Below are positions 7,390-15,463 of a stretch of 20,029 nucleotides of DNA, piece by piece. Source of the DNA: a bacterium. Lineage in GTDB: Bacteria; Zhuqueibacterota; Zhuqueibacteria; Oceanimicrobiales; Oceanimicrobiaceae. Position numbers and translations under genes: made by a program. The stretch covers positions 1 to 20,029 of the forward strand of contig JBHHYI010000072.1 of the NCBI GenBank assembly GCA_046757525.1. Direction: 5' to 3'. Every line of letters starts with the position of its first letter. The stretch's first letter is position 1. The notes beneath the pieces were generated by a model, which worked only from the letters and a program-made list of their open reading frames with translations, was not told where the DNA came from and ran no database searches.

Positions 7390-8607
7390 TCAGGCTTTTT
7401 CTCCGGCAAGTGCTGCCGATGCCACCCGTGCCGTCTGCGCCAGCACGGCGGCCCCGATAAACAGACTGCCATCGGCGGCATAGAAGGCAGGAGAGTGGGC
7501 CGGCACGATCGCGCCTCCTAATTCCCGCGCACCGATTCTTAAGAAACATCCTGGCGTCTTTTCTGAATAAAAGGCAAAGTCTTCACCCCCCAGATTCAAA
7601 AATCCCAACGGCACCAGTGCTTGCTCGCCGAGCAAGGCAGTCACAGCTCGACGCGCCCAGCTAACGGGCCCGGCCTTATTCACAATGGGTGGCGTACCCT
7701 CTTCGATTTTCACTTTTGCTTGCAAGCGGTGGAGCGCGGCTGTGGCTTCTGCGATTCTACGAACTTCCTCTTGCAGCAGCCGCCGTGTGGTAGAATCGAC
7801 AGCGCGCACGGTGCCTGAAAGGGTCGCCCTTTCCGGAATGATATTCGGGGCGCTGCCGGCATTTACGGTGCCCACGGTGACGACGGCCGGGCTGGCCGGA
7901 TTGAGACGGCGCGACACGATGGTTTGCAGAGCATTGACCAACGCCGCGGCCCCCACAATGGGATCGGCGGACTCGTGCGGCCGCGCGCCGTGGGCACCCT
8001 GGCCCAGCAGCTCGATCTCGAAGGTGTCCGCGGAGGCGGCCACCGGACCCTCTTGAGCAACTACCTGTCCCACCGCGAAGCGGCGGTCCACGTGGGCAGC
8101 AAAAATCGCGGCCATGTCGTCCAGAGCTCCGGTTTCTAAGATTGCCTGCGCCCCTTTACCAATTTCTTCGGCAGGTTGCAGGACAATCAGGACGTCGCCG
8201 TGGGCCGGACGTTGGGCCAGCAAATGCGCCGCGCCCACCGTCCACGTGCCGTGCACGTCGTGGCCACAGGCGTGCATGACGCCGGCGTTGAGCGAGGCGT
8301 ATTCCAGGCCTGTTGCTTCTTGAATGGGCAGCGCGTCCATGTCGCCCCGCACAGCCACCGTTGGGGCTGAAGCATTCGCGCCTTTGATCCTGGCCACCAC
8401 CCCGGTGCCGGCAACTCGGTCAAGCTCAGCCGGACGCACCGAGGCCAGCGCTTGGTAAAGCTTCTGCGCGGTTCGGTGTTCCTGAAACGCCAATTCCGGA
8501 TGCTGGTGCAAATCCCAACGCAGGGACAAGAGCTTTGCCTGAAGCTCTTTGGAGAAGCAAGCTTGCAGCTTCTGAGGAACCTGAAAATTGTTGGCTGGCT
8601 TTTTCAT
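7390..8607 (-). CDS. M20D-family amidohydrolase (probable N-succinyl-L-amino acid desuccinylase)
   Basis: LHQHPELAFQE, RGDMDALP, MHACGHDVH, QPAEE, GAHGARPH, GEDF, AHSP; third gene of the operon. Confidence 0.88.
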   Translation of the reverse strand: MKKPANNFQVPQKLQACFSKELQAKLLSLRWDLHQHPELAFQEHRTAQKLYQALASVRPAELDRVAGTGVVARIKGANASAPTVAVRGDMDALPIQEATGLEYASLNAGVMHACGHDVHGTWTVGAAHLLAQRPAHGDVLIVLQPAEEIGKGAQAILETGALDDMAAIFAAHVDRRFAVGQVVAQEGPVAASADTFEIELLGQGAHGARPHESADPIVGAAALVNALQTIVSRRLNPASPAVVTVGTVNAGSAPNIIPERATLSGTVRAVDSTTRRLLQEEVRRIAEATAALHRLQAKVKIEEGTPPIVNKAGPVSWARRAVTALLGEQALVPLGFLNLGGEDFAFYSEKTPGCFLRIGARELGGAIVPAHSPAFYAADGSLFIGAAVLAQTARVASAALAGEKA

Positions 8608-8659
8608 GTGGGATTCCAGGTTAAGATTACACGGCGATTGCAGGTCTTCATGAAATGAT

Positions 8660-9787
8660 TCATTTTCGAGACAGCACTTGGTGCCGAACCGTCAGATTTT
8701 CAACGCGATCGACATCCACCTGCACGCCCATGCCCACGCGATCCATGGGCACCGCAACCATGCCATGGTCGTCCATGGTCCACTCAGGCGTGACGATGTC
8801 CCGTTCCCAGTAGCGTGCGCTTGGCGACACATCGCCGGGCAGACTGAAATTCGGTAGCGAGGCCAGCGCCACGTTGTAGGCTCTGCCCACGCCGCTTTCG
8901 AGCATGCCGCCGCACCAAACGGGAATCTGGTGTTCGGCACAGAAATTGTGCACGGCAATCGAAGCCGCGAAGCCACCCAATCTGCCGGGCTTGATGTTGA
9001 CAATTTTGCCGCTGCCGAGCTCGACCATGTCCCGGGCTTTAGCCAGGCTGATGATGGATTCATCCAAACAGATGGGGGTTTTGAGCTGTTTCTGTAGTTT
9101 GGCGTGCTGCACGAGATCGTCCCAGGCCAGAGGTTGCTCGATCATCATCAGTCCAAAATCGTCCAGTTGCTGCAACAGGCCGAGATCGCTCAAACGGTAG
9201 GCGTTGTTGGCATCGACCATGAGAGGGGCTTCTGTGCCAAAGGTCTGGTGCACAGCGCGCACATAGTCCACGTCCGCACCGGGTTTGATTTTGATTTTGA
9301 TCTTGCGATAGCCCGCGTTCAGCGACTGCTGGACTCTTTCGATCAGCGCTTCTGGATCTTTTTGAATGCCAAGAGAAATACCGGTGGCGATCTTCTTGCG
9401 CGTTCCCCCTAAAAGACGGGCCAACGACACTTCCTGAATTTGGGCCATCAATTCCCAGGTCACCATTTCAACAGCCGCTTTGGCCATGTTGTGGCCGCGA
9501 AAATTTTGTTCCAGAATTTGGGAGACAGTGTGCGGCGTCTCGAATTCTCTGCCCAGTAGGCGCGGTGCAACCCACTCGCGAATAGCCAACCAGGCGGTGT
9601 CGATGGTTTCAGGTGAGTAGTTCGGCTGCGAACCCGCCACACACTCCGACCAGCTCTCCCGGCCATCGGCGTCCTCGACTTGCAGCAACAGAATCCTACG
9701 CTGGGTTTCGGTTCCAGAAGAAATCTGAAAGGCTTCCTTGAGGGGTAGTACGATTTCGCGCAGGGTAATGCGGGCAATGGCAAGCAT
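8660..9787 (-). CDS. menC: o-succinylbenzoate synthase / N-succinylamino acid racemase (enolase superfamily)
   Basis: KIKIKP, VDAN, IEQP, LDES, NIKPGR, WCGGMLESG, GDVSPSARY. ATG 9787 lies 4 nt after the GNAT stop. Confidence 0.9.
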   Translation of the reverse strand: MLAIARITLREIVLPLKEAFQISSGTETQRRILLLQVEDADGRESWSECVAGSQPNYSPETIDTAWLAIREWVAPRLLGREFETPHTVSQILEQNFRGHNMAKAAVEMVTWELMAQIQEVSLARLLGGTRKKIATGISLGIQKDPEALIERVQQSLNAGYRKIKIKIKPGADVDYVRAVHQTFGTEAPLMVDANNAYRLSDLGLLQQLDDFGLMMIEQPLAWDDLVQHAKLQKQLKTPICLDESIISLAKARDMVELGSGKIVNIKPGRLGGFAASIAVHNFCAEHQIPVWCGGMLESGVGRAYNVALASLPNFSLPGDVSPSARYWERDIVTPEWTMDDHGMVAVPMDRVGMGVQVDVDRVENLTVRHQVLSRK

Positions 9788-9791
9788 TTGT

Positions 9792-10619
9792 CTATCGAGA
9801 CTTCTTGGTGAGCACGTAAAAACAGCGGCGGCTTTGAAGGTCTCGCTGCAAGCTTTCGACTTCATAGCCGTGGCTTAAGTAGAATTGTAGCGCCCGCCTG
9901 GTCGACGCCCGCCAACGGGCTGCCAACTCCAGCGCCGCATTCTGAACCGCTTCGATGTCCCAGGGGATCTCTACCCGCACGGCCGCCGGAGTGGGTAGCC
10001 CCCCTTCGATGGGCACCACGCTGCCATCCTTTTGCAGTTTCATGTTGACCACGGCTACCTCCCGATGACGTTCTTTGGGGCTCTCTGTCTGCCCTTCGCT
10101 CAACCGGCACACCCGGTCGGCGTTTAGCTGCCATTCCACGACGAAGCGGTCCATGCCGATGCCCCGGTGCAGGGTGCTGCCGGTATCGTTAGGGTACATC
10201 TCTGCCACATACTCTTGAATGGTGGCCCCCAACTTGTTGAGGTTCAGGTGTGCATTACGCGCCACCAGAGGATCGTACGACCAATAGACGACCTCGACAC
10301 CGCGTTCGAGCAACAATTCTCTTTGAAACCACTTCAGCGTTCTACCCACTCCCTGGTCGCGCAACGTTTTGCGCACGGCCAACATGTGCGACCAGTTGGC
10401 CATGCGCCCGTCCTTGAGGCCGGTCAAACCAAACACGAACCCCGCAAGAATGCCGTCCGCGTCGAACGCACCAGCCGCAATCCCGCCGACCTCTTGTGCT
10501 ACCTGCAAAATGGCCGGGGGCACGCATTCTGTGAAGTTCTCACCCCAGGCCTCTTTTTGTAACTCGACACAAGCGGTGTAGTCTTCCTTCGAGCTTAACT
10601 GGCGTAAAGTTAATTGCAT
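9792..10619 (-). CDS. GNAT-family acyltransferase (probable D-amino acid N-succinyltransferase)
   Basis: WSHMLAV..RDQGVG..LK..QR, WSYDPL..RNAHLNLNKLG, DRFVVEW, VEIP.DI, WR..TR. ATG 10619 with AGAGGT upstream. Confidence 0.85.
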   Translation of the reverse strand: MQLTLRQLSSKEDYTACVELQKEAWGENFTECVPPAILQVAQEVGGIAAGAFDADGILAGFVFGLTGLKDGRMANWSHMLAVRKTLRDQGVGRTLKWFQRELLLERGVEVVYWSYDPLVARNAHLNLNKLGATIQEYVAEMYPNDTGSTLHRGIGMDRFVVEWQLNADRVCRLSEGQTESPKERHREVAVVNMKLQKDGSVVPIEGGLPTPAAVRVEIPWDIEAVQNAALELAARWRASTRRALQFYLSHGYEVESLQRDLQSRRCFYVLTKKSR

Positions 10620-10674
10620 GGGCTGAACCCACCTCTCTGAGTAATTGGTGACTCTACCATTTGCGCACTTCATA

Positions 10675-10703
10675 ATAATATAAAATTATTGATTGTTTGT
10701 CAA
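10675..10703 (-). promoter_or_regulatory. Sigma70 promoter of the GNAT-menC-M20 operon
   Basis: Minus strand TTGACA (10703-10698), 17 nt, TATTAT (10680-10675). Confidence 0.75.
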
Positions 10704-10820
10704 CTATTTAAAACTTTTCACTTGCGCCGATACCGTTTTTTTTGCCATATTGGTGGGTGATGGAGACGGCCTCGCTTAACTTTGTCACGGTTCCTGTTGC
10801 ACTTAAAGCGGCCGGCAAGG

Positions 10821-10980
10821 GCGGAATGACAGTTGTTTTTCTTTGAGCACAAAGGTAGTCGTCCTGAGTAGTCCCGAGCGCTTTGTGGTCGGGACGTATC
10901 GCAGCCCGTCACCCCTCGATACGGTCACCTGAACAGCGGTGACCTACTCGGGATGACTCACACAGTGTTCTCTGGAAACG
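10821..10980 (-). repeat. Palindromic repeat of about 160 bp (module X), inverted copy of 19705-19864
   Basis: The reverse complement shares the exact blocks gtgtgagtcatcccgagtaggtc, gaccgtatcgaggggtgac and tcgggactactcaggacg with the 19.7-kb copy. Confidence 0.9.
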
Positions 10981-11105
10981 CCACGCTCTCGCCGTCCTTT
11001 ATTACAGCCTCAAGTGTCATTCCGGAGGAATCTTGTTGGCTGGCTGCACAGTGCGGAGCTGTAACAAGATGCCTCCTGCATGACAGGGCTGCCTTTGGCG
11101 TTTCC
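10974..11105. repeat. Palindromic repeat (module Z) with a TGTCAT...ATGACA core
   Basis: Outer IR ggaaacgcca / tggcgtttcc. Inner tgtcattccggaggaatcttgtt...aacaagatgcctcctgcatgaca (11015-11085). Confidence 0.7.
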
Positions 11106-11188
11106 GACATTTAAAGCAATCCGGTTGCGGGATTGCGAGGGCTTTTAGGAAACGCTCCGTTGAACGTAACGCAATCGTCTCGATTGCG
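11098..11188 (-). repeat. Two-hairpin repeat (A-core-B), circularly permuted relative to 19871-19978
   Basis: The reverse complement reads caatcgagacgattg...aacggagcgtttcctaaaagc...gcaaccggattgctttaaatgtcggaa. Both halves occur at 19871-19978 in swapped order. Confidence 0.85.
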
Positions 11189-11194
11189 CAGCGA

Positions 11195-11326
11195 AATCCT
11201 CCCTTAGAAAGGGAGACAGATTTTCGCTCGTCCAGAGCGAAAATCGGAGGGATGTCAGGTCGCATCCTAACACCCCCTGCTTTTTCTCTGGACGCTTCAA
11301 AAATCGTCTCTCCTCGAAGGAGGATT
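11195..11326. repeat. Imperfect inverted repeat of about 130 bp (module Y) upstream of dnaE
   Basis: Nested pairings aatcctcc/ggaggatt, gagac/gtctc, gatttt/aaaatc, gtccagag/ctctggac. Confidence 0.7.
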
Positions 11327-11371
11327 CTTTGCAAGGGCCCTCGTGGCAATGAACTGAACCCGGTTGAAAAG

Positions 11372-14300
11372 ATGAATACCTTTACCCACCTGCACACACA
11401 CAGCTATTTCAGCCTTCTGGACGGCACCATGCCCGTTCGAACTCTGGTGGAACACACCAAAGCGCTGGGCATGTCTGCGGTGGCCCTGACCGACCACAAC
11501 GGGCTTTACGGTGCCATTGAATTTTACCAGGTGTGTAAGGAGTTAGGCGTTAAACCCATCATTGGTGCTCAGCTTGCGCTTACCAATGGCGGCTCTTTGG
11601 TATTGCTGGCCAAGAATACCAGCGGCTACCGCAACCTCTGCGAGATCATCAGTCGAGGGCATTTGAGAGGTGGGCATCTCAATTTCCAGTGTGAGAGGGA
11701 AGACCTCGTCGCCTGCAAAGAGGGTCTGGTGGTGCTTTCTGCCGGCAAGCAGGGCCTCATCTCCCGGTTGGTGCTGAGCTGCAATGTAGGAGAAGCCGAG
11801 GCCTACTGCCGCTGGATGAAGGAGGAGTTCGGGGCAGACTTCTACCTGGAGATTCAGCGGTTTGTTGCCCGGGACGATTTTCTCAATGAGCGTCTGCAGG
11901 AGATCGCCAGCAGGTGCCAGGTACCTCTGGTAGCCACCAACGACGTGCACCTGCTCTCGCCGCGGGACCTGCCATTGCGCCGGGTGCTGCACGCCATCGG
12001 TCAGAACACTTTGCTGGAGCAGGTTCGGACCGCCGGGCACGAAGAGCAGTTTCTCAAATCTCCTGCGCAAATGCGGCGGCTGTTTGCCAGATTTCCGGAG
12101 GCGGTGCAAAACACTCAAAAGATCGCCGAGCTCTGCAACCTGGACTTCTCCCTGGGCGAACCTGTCTTTCCGGTCACCGAGGTCCCGGCAGGAGAGGCGG
12201 CTCCATCCTATTTGCGCAAGCTCTGCCTGCGGGGTGCCCGGGAACGCTATCGGCCCCTGACGTCCAAAGTTTTCGAACGGCTCGAGTATGAGTTGGGCGT
12301 GATTAACCGATTGGGGTTTACCGATTACTTTCTGATCGTCAGAGATATCGTGGATTTCTGCCGCAGGGAATCCATTCCGTGTGTGGGACGCGGTTCGGCG
12401 GCCGACAGCCTGGTCGCGTATGTGCTGGGAATAACCTTCGCCGACCCCATCCGCTTCAATCTCTACTTCGAACGCTTCCTGAACCCGGAACGCACCGACG
12501 CTCCGGACATCGACCTGGACATCTGCTGGAAGAGTCGCGACCGTGTGTTAGACTACGTTTACAAGAAGTACGGTTCAGACAAGACCGCCATGATCTGCAC
12601 CTTCAATACCTTTCAGAGTCGCGCCGCCATCCGCGAGGTCGCCAAGACCTTTGGCCTGCCTGAGGAAGAAATCGGCCAGCTCACGCGCCATTTTCCCTAC
12701 ATGGCCAAACTGGAACCGACCTTGGAGAAGGTGCCAGAACTGAAGCACCAGAGTGGCGCGAACCACATCTACCAGGAGATCATTCGCATCAGCAAGCAGT
12801 TGGCAGGCTTTCCGCGCCATTTGTCCATTCACGCCGGCGGGGTCATCATTGCGCCAGACCGCATCACCCATTACACCCCTCTGGAAGTGGCCGGCAAAGG
12901 CCTCATCATCTCCCAATACGACATGTATTCCATCGAACGTTTGGGATTGGTCAAGATGGACTTGCTGGGGGTGCGTTCGTTGAGCATTATTACGGAATGT
13001 CTGGAACTGGCCCGGCAAACGGCGCTCGAAACGGGGAAAGCAGAAATTGCAGAACCAGAATCGCAAGGGGGAAAGCAAAAGTTGTCCGGCCAACCCACAA
13101 CCACCAAATTCGATTTTCTCAAGAAGACCGAAAAACTGTCGCCACTGGACCTGCGGGCCATCCCCGAGGAGGACCCGCAAACCATCGCGCTGATCAAGTC
13201 GGGGCAGACCCTGGGCTGCTTTCAGTTGGAGAGTCCGCTGGTGCGCGGGGTTTTGCGTAAGATGCAGACCGAATCCATCGAGGACACGGTGGTGGCTGTG
13301 GCGGTGATTCGGCCCGGAGTCGGCGACAGCGGCATGAAGGACGAGTACATTCTACGCCGGGGCGGATTGCGGCCGCCGCGGTACGCCCACCCCATGTTAG
13401 AACCGGTATTGAAAGAAACCTACGGGCTGACCATCTACCAGGAGCAGGTGCTTTTGATCGCCCAGGCCGTAGCCGGCTTCAGCCTGGCGCAAGCCGACAC
13501 CCTGCGCCGCGCCATGACCAAGAAACGGCACGACAAACAGCTCATGCATTCCATGAAAGAACAATTCGTGCAGGGTGCCCGCAAGAAAGGCTGCACGCCA
13601 GGCCAGGCAGAGGAAGTCTGGCGGTTCCTGCTGCAATTTATCGGCTTCGGCTTTAACAAAGCGCACGCGGCCACCTATGGGATTCTGGCCTACCAGACCG
13701 CTTTCCTCAAACGTTACTTCCCTGTGGAGTACATGACCGCCGTGTTGAACAACCACGGCGGCTTCTACGCCAAGGCCGTGTACATCGAGGAGTGCCGCCG
13801 GATTCGCATGCTCGACGGACAGACCGGCATTCCGCTGTTGCCGCCGGACATCAATGATTCGGAGATCGATTTCAGCAAGCGAGCGAGGGCCATCCGGGTG
13901 GGACTCTACCCCGTTTTCGAACTTTCGGAGAGGACGAAAAAGAAAATCGTCGAGGAGCGCAAGAAGCGTCCGTTTAGGGATTTGTATGATTTTTTGCAGA
14001 GGACGCGTTCCGGACAAAAGGAAACCGAGCACCTCATTCGCTGCGGCGCCTTGCGTTCGCTACACCCCAGCGAGCCGCTGCTGCTCTTGAAGACCCAGAG
14101 CTATTTCAAAACTGGCCGCAGCAAAACCAAAGCGGAGTACTTGACCCGGGGGCTCGACCCCCCGCCTTATTCCAGAGAGCAGCGCATCCTGTCCGAGTTA
14201 GAGCTTTTGAGTTTTGCTGTGACAGACCACCCGTTGACGCTTTACGACGGCCTGATCCCCTGGGAAAACATGGTCTCCTCGCTGGAATTAGAAGCGCACC

Positions 14301-14605
14301 AGAACCACCGGGTACAGTTCACCGGGTGGTACGTCACCGCGCGCTTGCAGGAAACCAGCAAGGGGAGTTACATGAAATTTCTTTCTCTGGAGGACAAACG
14401 AGGTATTTGCGAAGTCATTTTCTTTCCGGAAGTGTACGAAAAATATGGCGAAGTTTTGCAAGGGCACGGCCCGTTTACCGTCACAGGTAAAATTCAGTCG
14501 CGCATCAAAGGCGAAGCCAACCTGATCGCGGAAAAAGTGGTGCGCTGGCCCACCCCCCGAGAAGTAGTCAGCAGACAGGCAAGCGGACGGCAGAGCGTCC
14601 AGTAG
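11372..14605 (+). CDS. dnaE: DNA polymerase III alpha subunit, probably error-prone DnaE2-like
   Basis: PHP motifs (HLHTHS, TDH, TNDVH), GRGSAA, FERFLNPER, PDIDLD, HAGG, KMDLLG, FNKAHA and an OB fold. It ends just after the OB fold and has NNHGGFY. ATG 11372 is preferred because the 11252 extension lies within repeat Y. Confidence 0.9.
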   Translation: MNTFTHLHTHSYFSLLDGTMPVRTLVEHTKALGMSAVALTDHNGLYGAIEFYQVCKELGVKPIIGAQLALTNGGSLVLLAKNTSGYRNLCEIISRGHLRGGHLNFQCEREDLVACKEGLVVLSAGKQGLISRLVLSCNVGEAEAYCRWMKEEFGADFYLEIQRFVARDDFLNERLQEIASRCQVPLVATNDVHLLSPRDLPLRRVLHAIGQNTLLEQVRTAGHEEQFLKSPAQMRRLFARFPEAVQNTQKIAELCNLDFSLGEPVFPVTEVPAGEAAPSYLRKLCLRGARERYRPLTSKVFERLEYELGVINRLGFTDYFLIVRDIVDFCRRESIPCVGRGSAADSLVAYVLGITFADPIRFNLYFERFLNPERTDAPDIDLDICWKSRDRVLDYVYKKYGSDKTAMICTFNTFQSRAAIREVAKTFGLPEEEIGQLTRHFPYMAKLEPTLEKVPELKHQSGANHIYQEIIRISKQLAGFPRHLSIHAGGVIIAPDRITHYTPLEVAGKGLIISQYDMYSIERLGLVKMDLLGVRSLSIITECLELARQTALETGKAEIAEPESQGGKQKLSGQPTTTKFDFLKKTEKLSPLDLRAIPEEDPQTIALIKSGQTLGCFQLESPLVRGVLRKMQTESIEDTVVAVAVIRPGVGDSGMKDEYILRRGGLRPPRYAHPMLEPVLKETYGLTIYQEQVLLIAQAVAGFSLAQADTLRRAMTKKRHDKQLMHSMKEQFVQGARKKGCTPGQAEEVWRFLLQFIGFGFNKAHAATYGILAYQTAFLKRYFPVEYMTAVLNNHGGFYAKAVYIEECRRIRMLDGQTGIPLLPPDINDSEIDFSKRARAIRVGLYPVFELSERTKKKIVEERKKRPFRDLYDFLQRTRSGQKETEHLIRCGALRSLHPSEPLLLLKTQSYFKTGRSKTKAEYLTRGLDPPPYSREQRILSELELLSFAVTDHPLTLYDGLIPWENMVSSLELEAHQNHRVQFTGWYVTARLQETSKGSYMKFLSLEDKRGICEVIFFPEVYEKYGEVLQGHGPFTVTGKIQSRIKGEANLIAEKVVRWPTPREVVSRQASGRQSVQ

Positions 14606-14692
14606 AGCGATTCCTTATTATCATTGCAGTCATTGCGAGGAGTCCGGCAGCTGCCTGACTCGAAATGACATTCTATTTAGGAATCGCTCTAC
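14602..14692. mobile_element. MITE of about 90 bp with 14-bp IRs, overlapping the dnaE stop codon
   Basis: gtagagcgattcct (14602-14615) and aggaatcgctctac (14679-14692) form a perfect IR with TA at both ends. The cargo gtcattgcgaggagtccggcagctgcctgactcgaaatgaca is related to 4195-4229. Confidence 0.75.
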
Positions 14693-14830
14693 GAATTTTG
14701 GGAGCGTACCATCCTCGGGAACGTACCATAAAATTTCTTGTTGCATTTCATAGGGAGTTTTAACGGTCCTATGTTGATTTGAGTGGGTAACGGAGTAGCA
14801 CAAGTCCTTGCTGACGGCAGTCTATTATGT

Positions 14831-14924
14831 ACGCCGAAGGCGTCAAACACCAAAGCCCAGGGCGCCTGCTTTCGGGGCGCCCTGGGCTTTGAAGCAACCA
14901 ATCCCTTGAACCCCAACGGGGTTC
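14831..14924. repeat. REP-like triple-hairpin element
   Basis: acgccgaaggcgt; perfect 16-bp IR caaagcccagggcgcc / ggcgccctgggctttg (14851-14891); gaaccccaacggggttc. Confidence 0.7.
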
Positions 14925-14988
14925 CACAAAACCATGCCACCATTACTCCCAAACATACCGCCTATCGATTTTGATGCCGTATTTTTTG

Positions 14989-15140
14989 CATAGACGTCGA
15001 AACTCATCCTGCTGTGTTTGGTAGAGAAGCTTCGCTTCGATAGGCAGCTCAAACTCATCGAAGCAGAGCTTCTCGGGCAAGTCCTTCGCTCACAGGTGTA
15101 GCTTGGGGACGAGAGCTCCAGCTTAAATTGATGCCTATGG
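14989..15140. mobile_element. Degenerate MITE-like element with TIRs related to 4106-4262 and a different palindromic cargo
   Basis: Right end gcttaaattgatgcctatgg (15121-15140) matches the reverse complement of 4101-4120 at 17/20. The left end catagacgtcgaaact is degenerate. Inner IR gagaagcttcgcttcgat / atcgaagcagagcttctc (15024-15074). Confidence 0.55.
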
Positions 15141-15158
15141 GCTTGATCCGGGTTAGGA

Positions 15159-15463
15159 ATTGTTCAGCAAGAAGTTTCTAATGTGCCTTCTGACCTAAGT
15201 GGCAGTCTTTATTTTGTCTATGACCGCACGAGACTCGACGAGTTAGAGCAACAAATCCAGATGTGGACAAGGCGTTTAACCTTTGTAGCGGCTTAGAGGA
15301 GAGCTGAATACATGCGGAACGTGCACAAGAACTTTCTGCTTTGCAGGATGAATTGAGTGTAACCGAATTTGTACTTCCACGCATAATAGCCGAGACCAAC
15401 GATGTTTACCTCATCAAACAGATACAGAATTGGCTTTCCAGGAAGTGGCAACAGAAATCTTAA
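15159..15463 (+). pseudogene. 3' fragment of a decayed gene with a TIR-like / nucleotide-binding domain tail
   Basis: IVQQEVSNVPSDLSGSLYFVYDRTRLDELEQQIQMW, then in a shifted frame and after a TGA, IHAERAQELSALQDELSVTEFVLPRII...KS*. No start codon; the stop overlaps the tonB stop in TTAA. Confidence 0.4.

Noticed and set aside
10756..10835. Fluoride (crcB) riboswitch suggested by ggtgatggag
   Set aside because: No complementary P1 strand (TCACC) and no downstream TGACTCC pseudoknot partner.
10821..11326. CRISPR array
   Set aside because: No regularly spaced identical direct repeats with unique spacers, and no cas genes.
11351..11367. LexA box upstream of dnaE (gaacccggttg)
   Set aside because: Spacing and second half-site do not fit GAAC-N4-GTTC or other SOS boxes I recognise.
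11252..11371. 40-aa N-terminal extension of DnaE
   Set aside because: It lies inside inverted repeat Y; homology begins at MNTFTHLH (11372).
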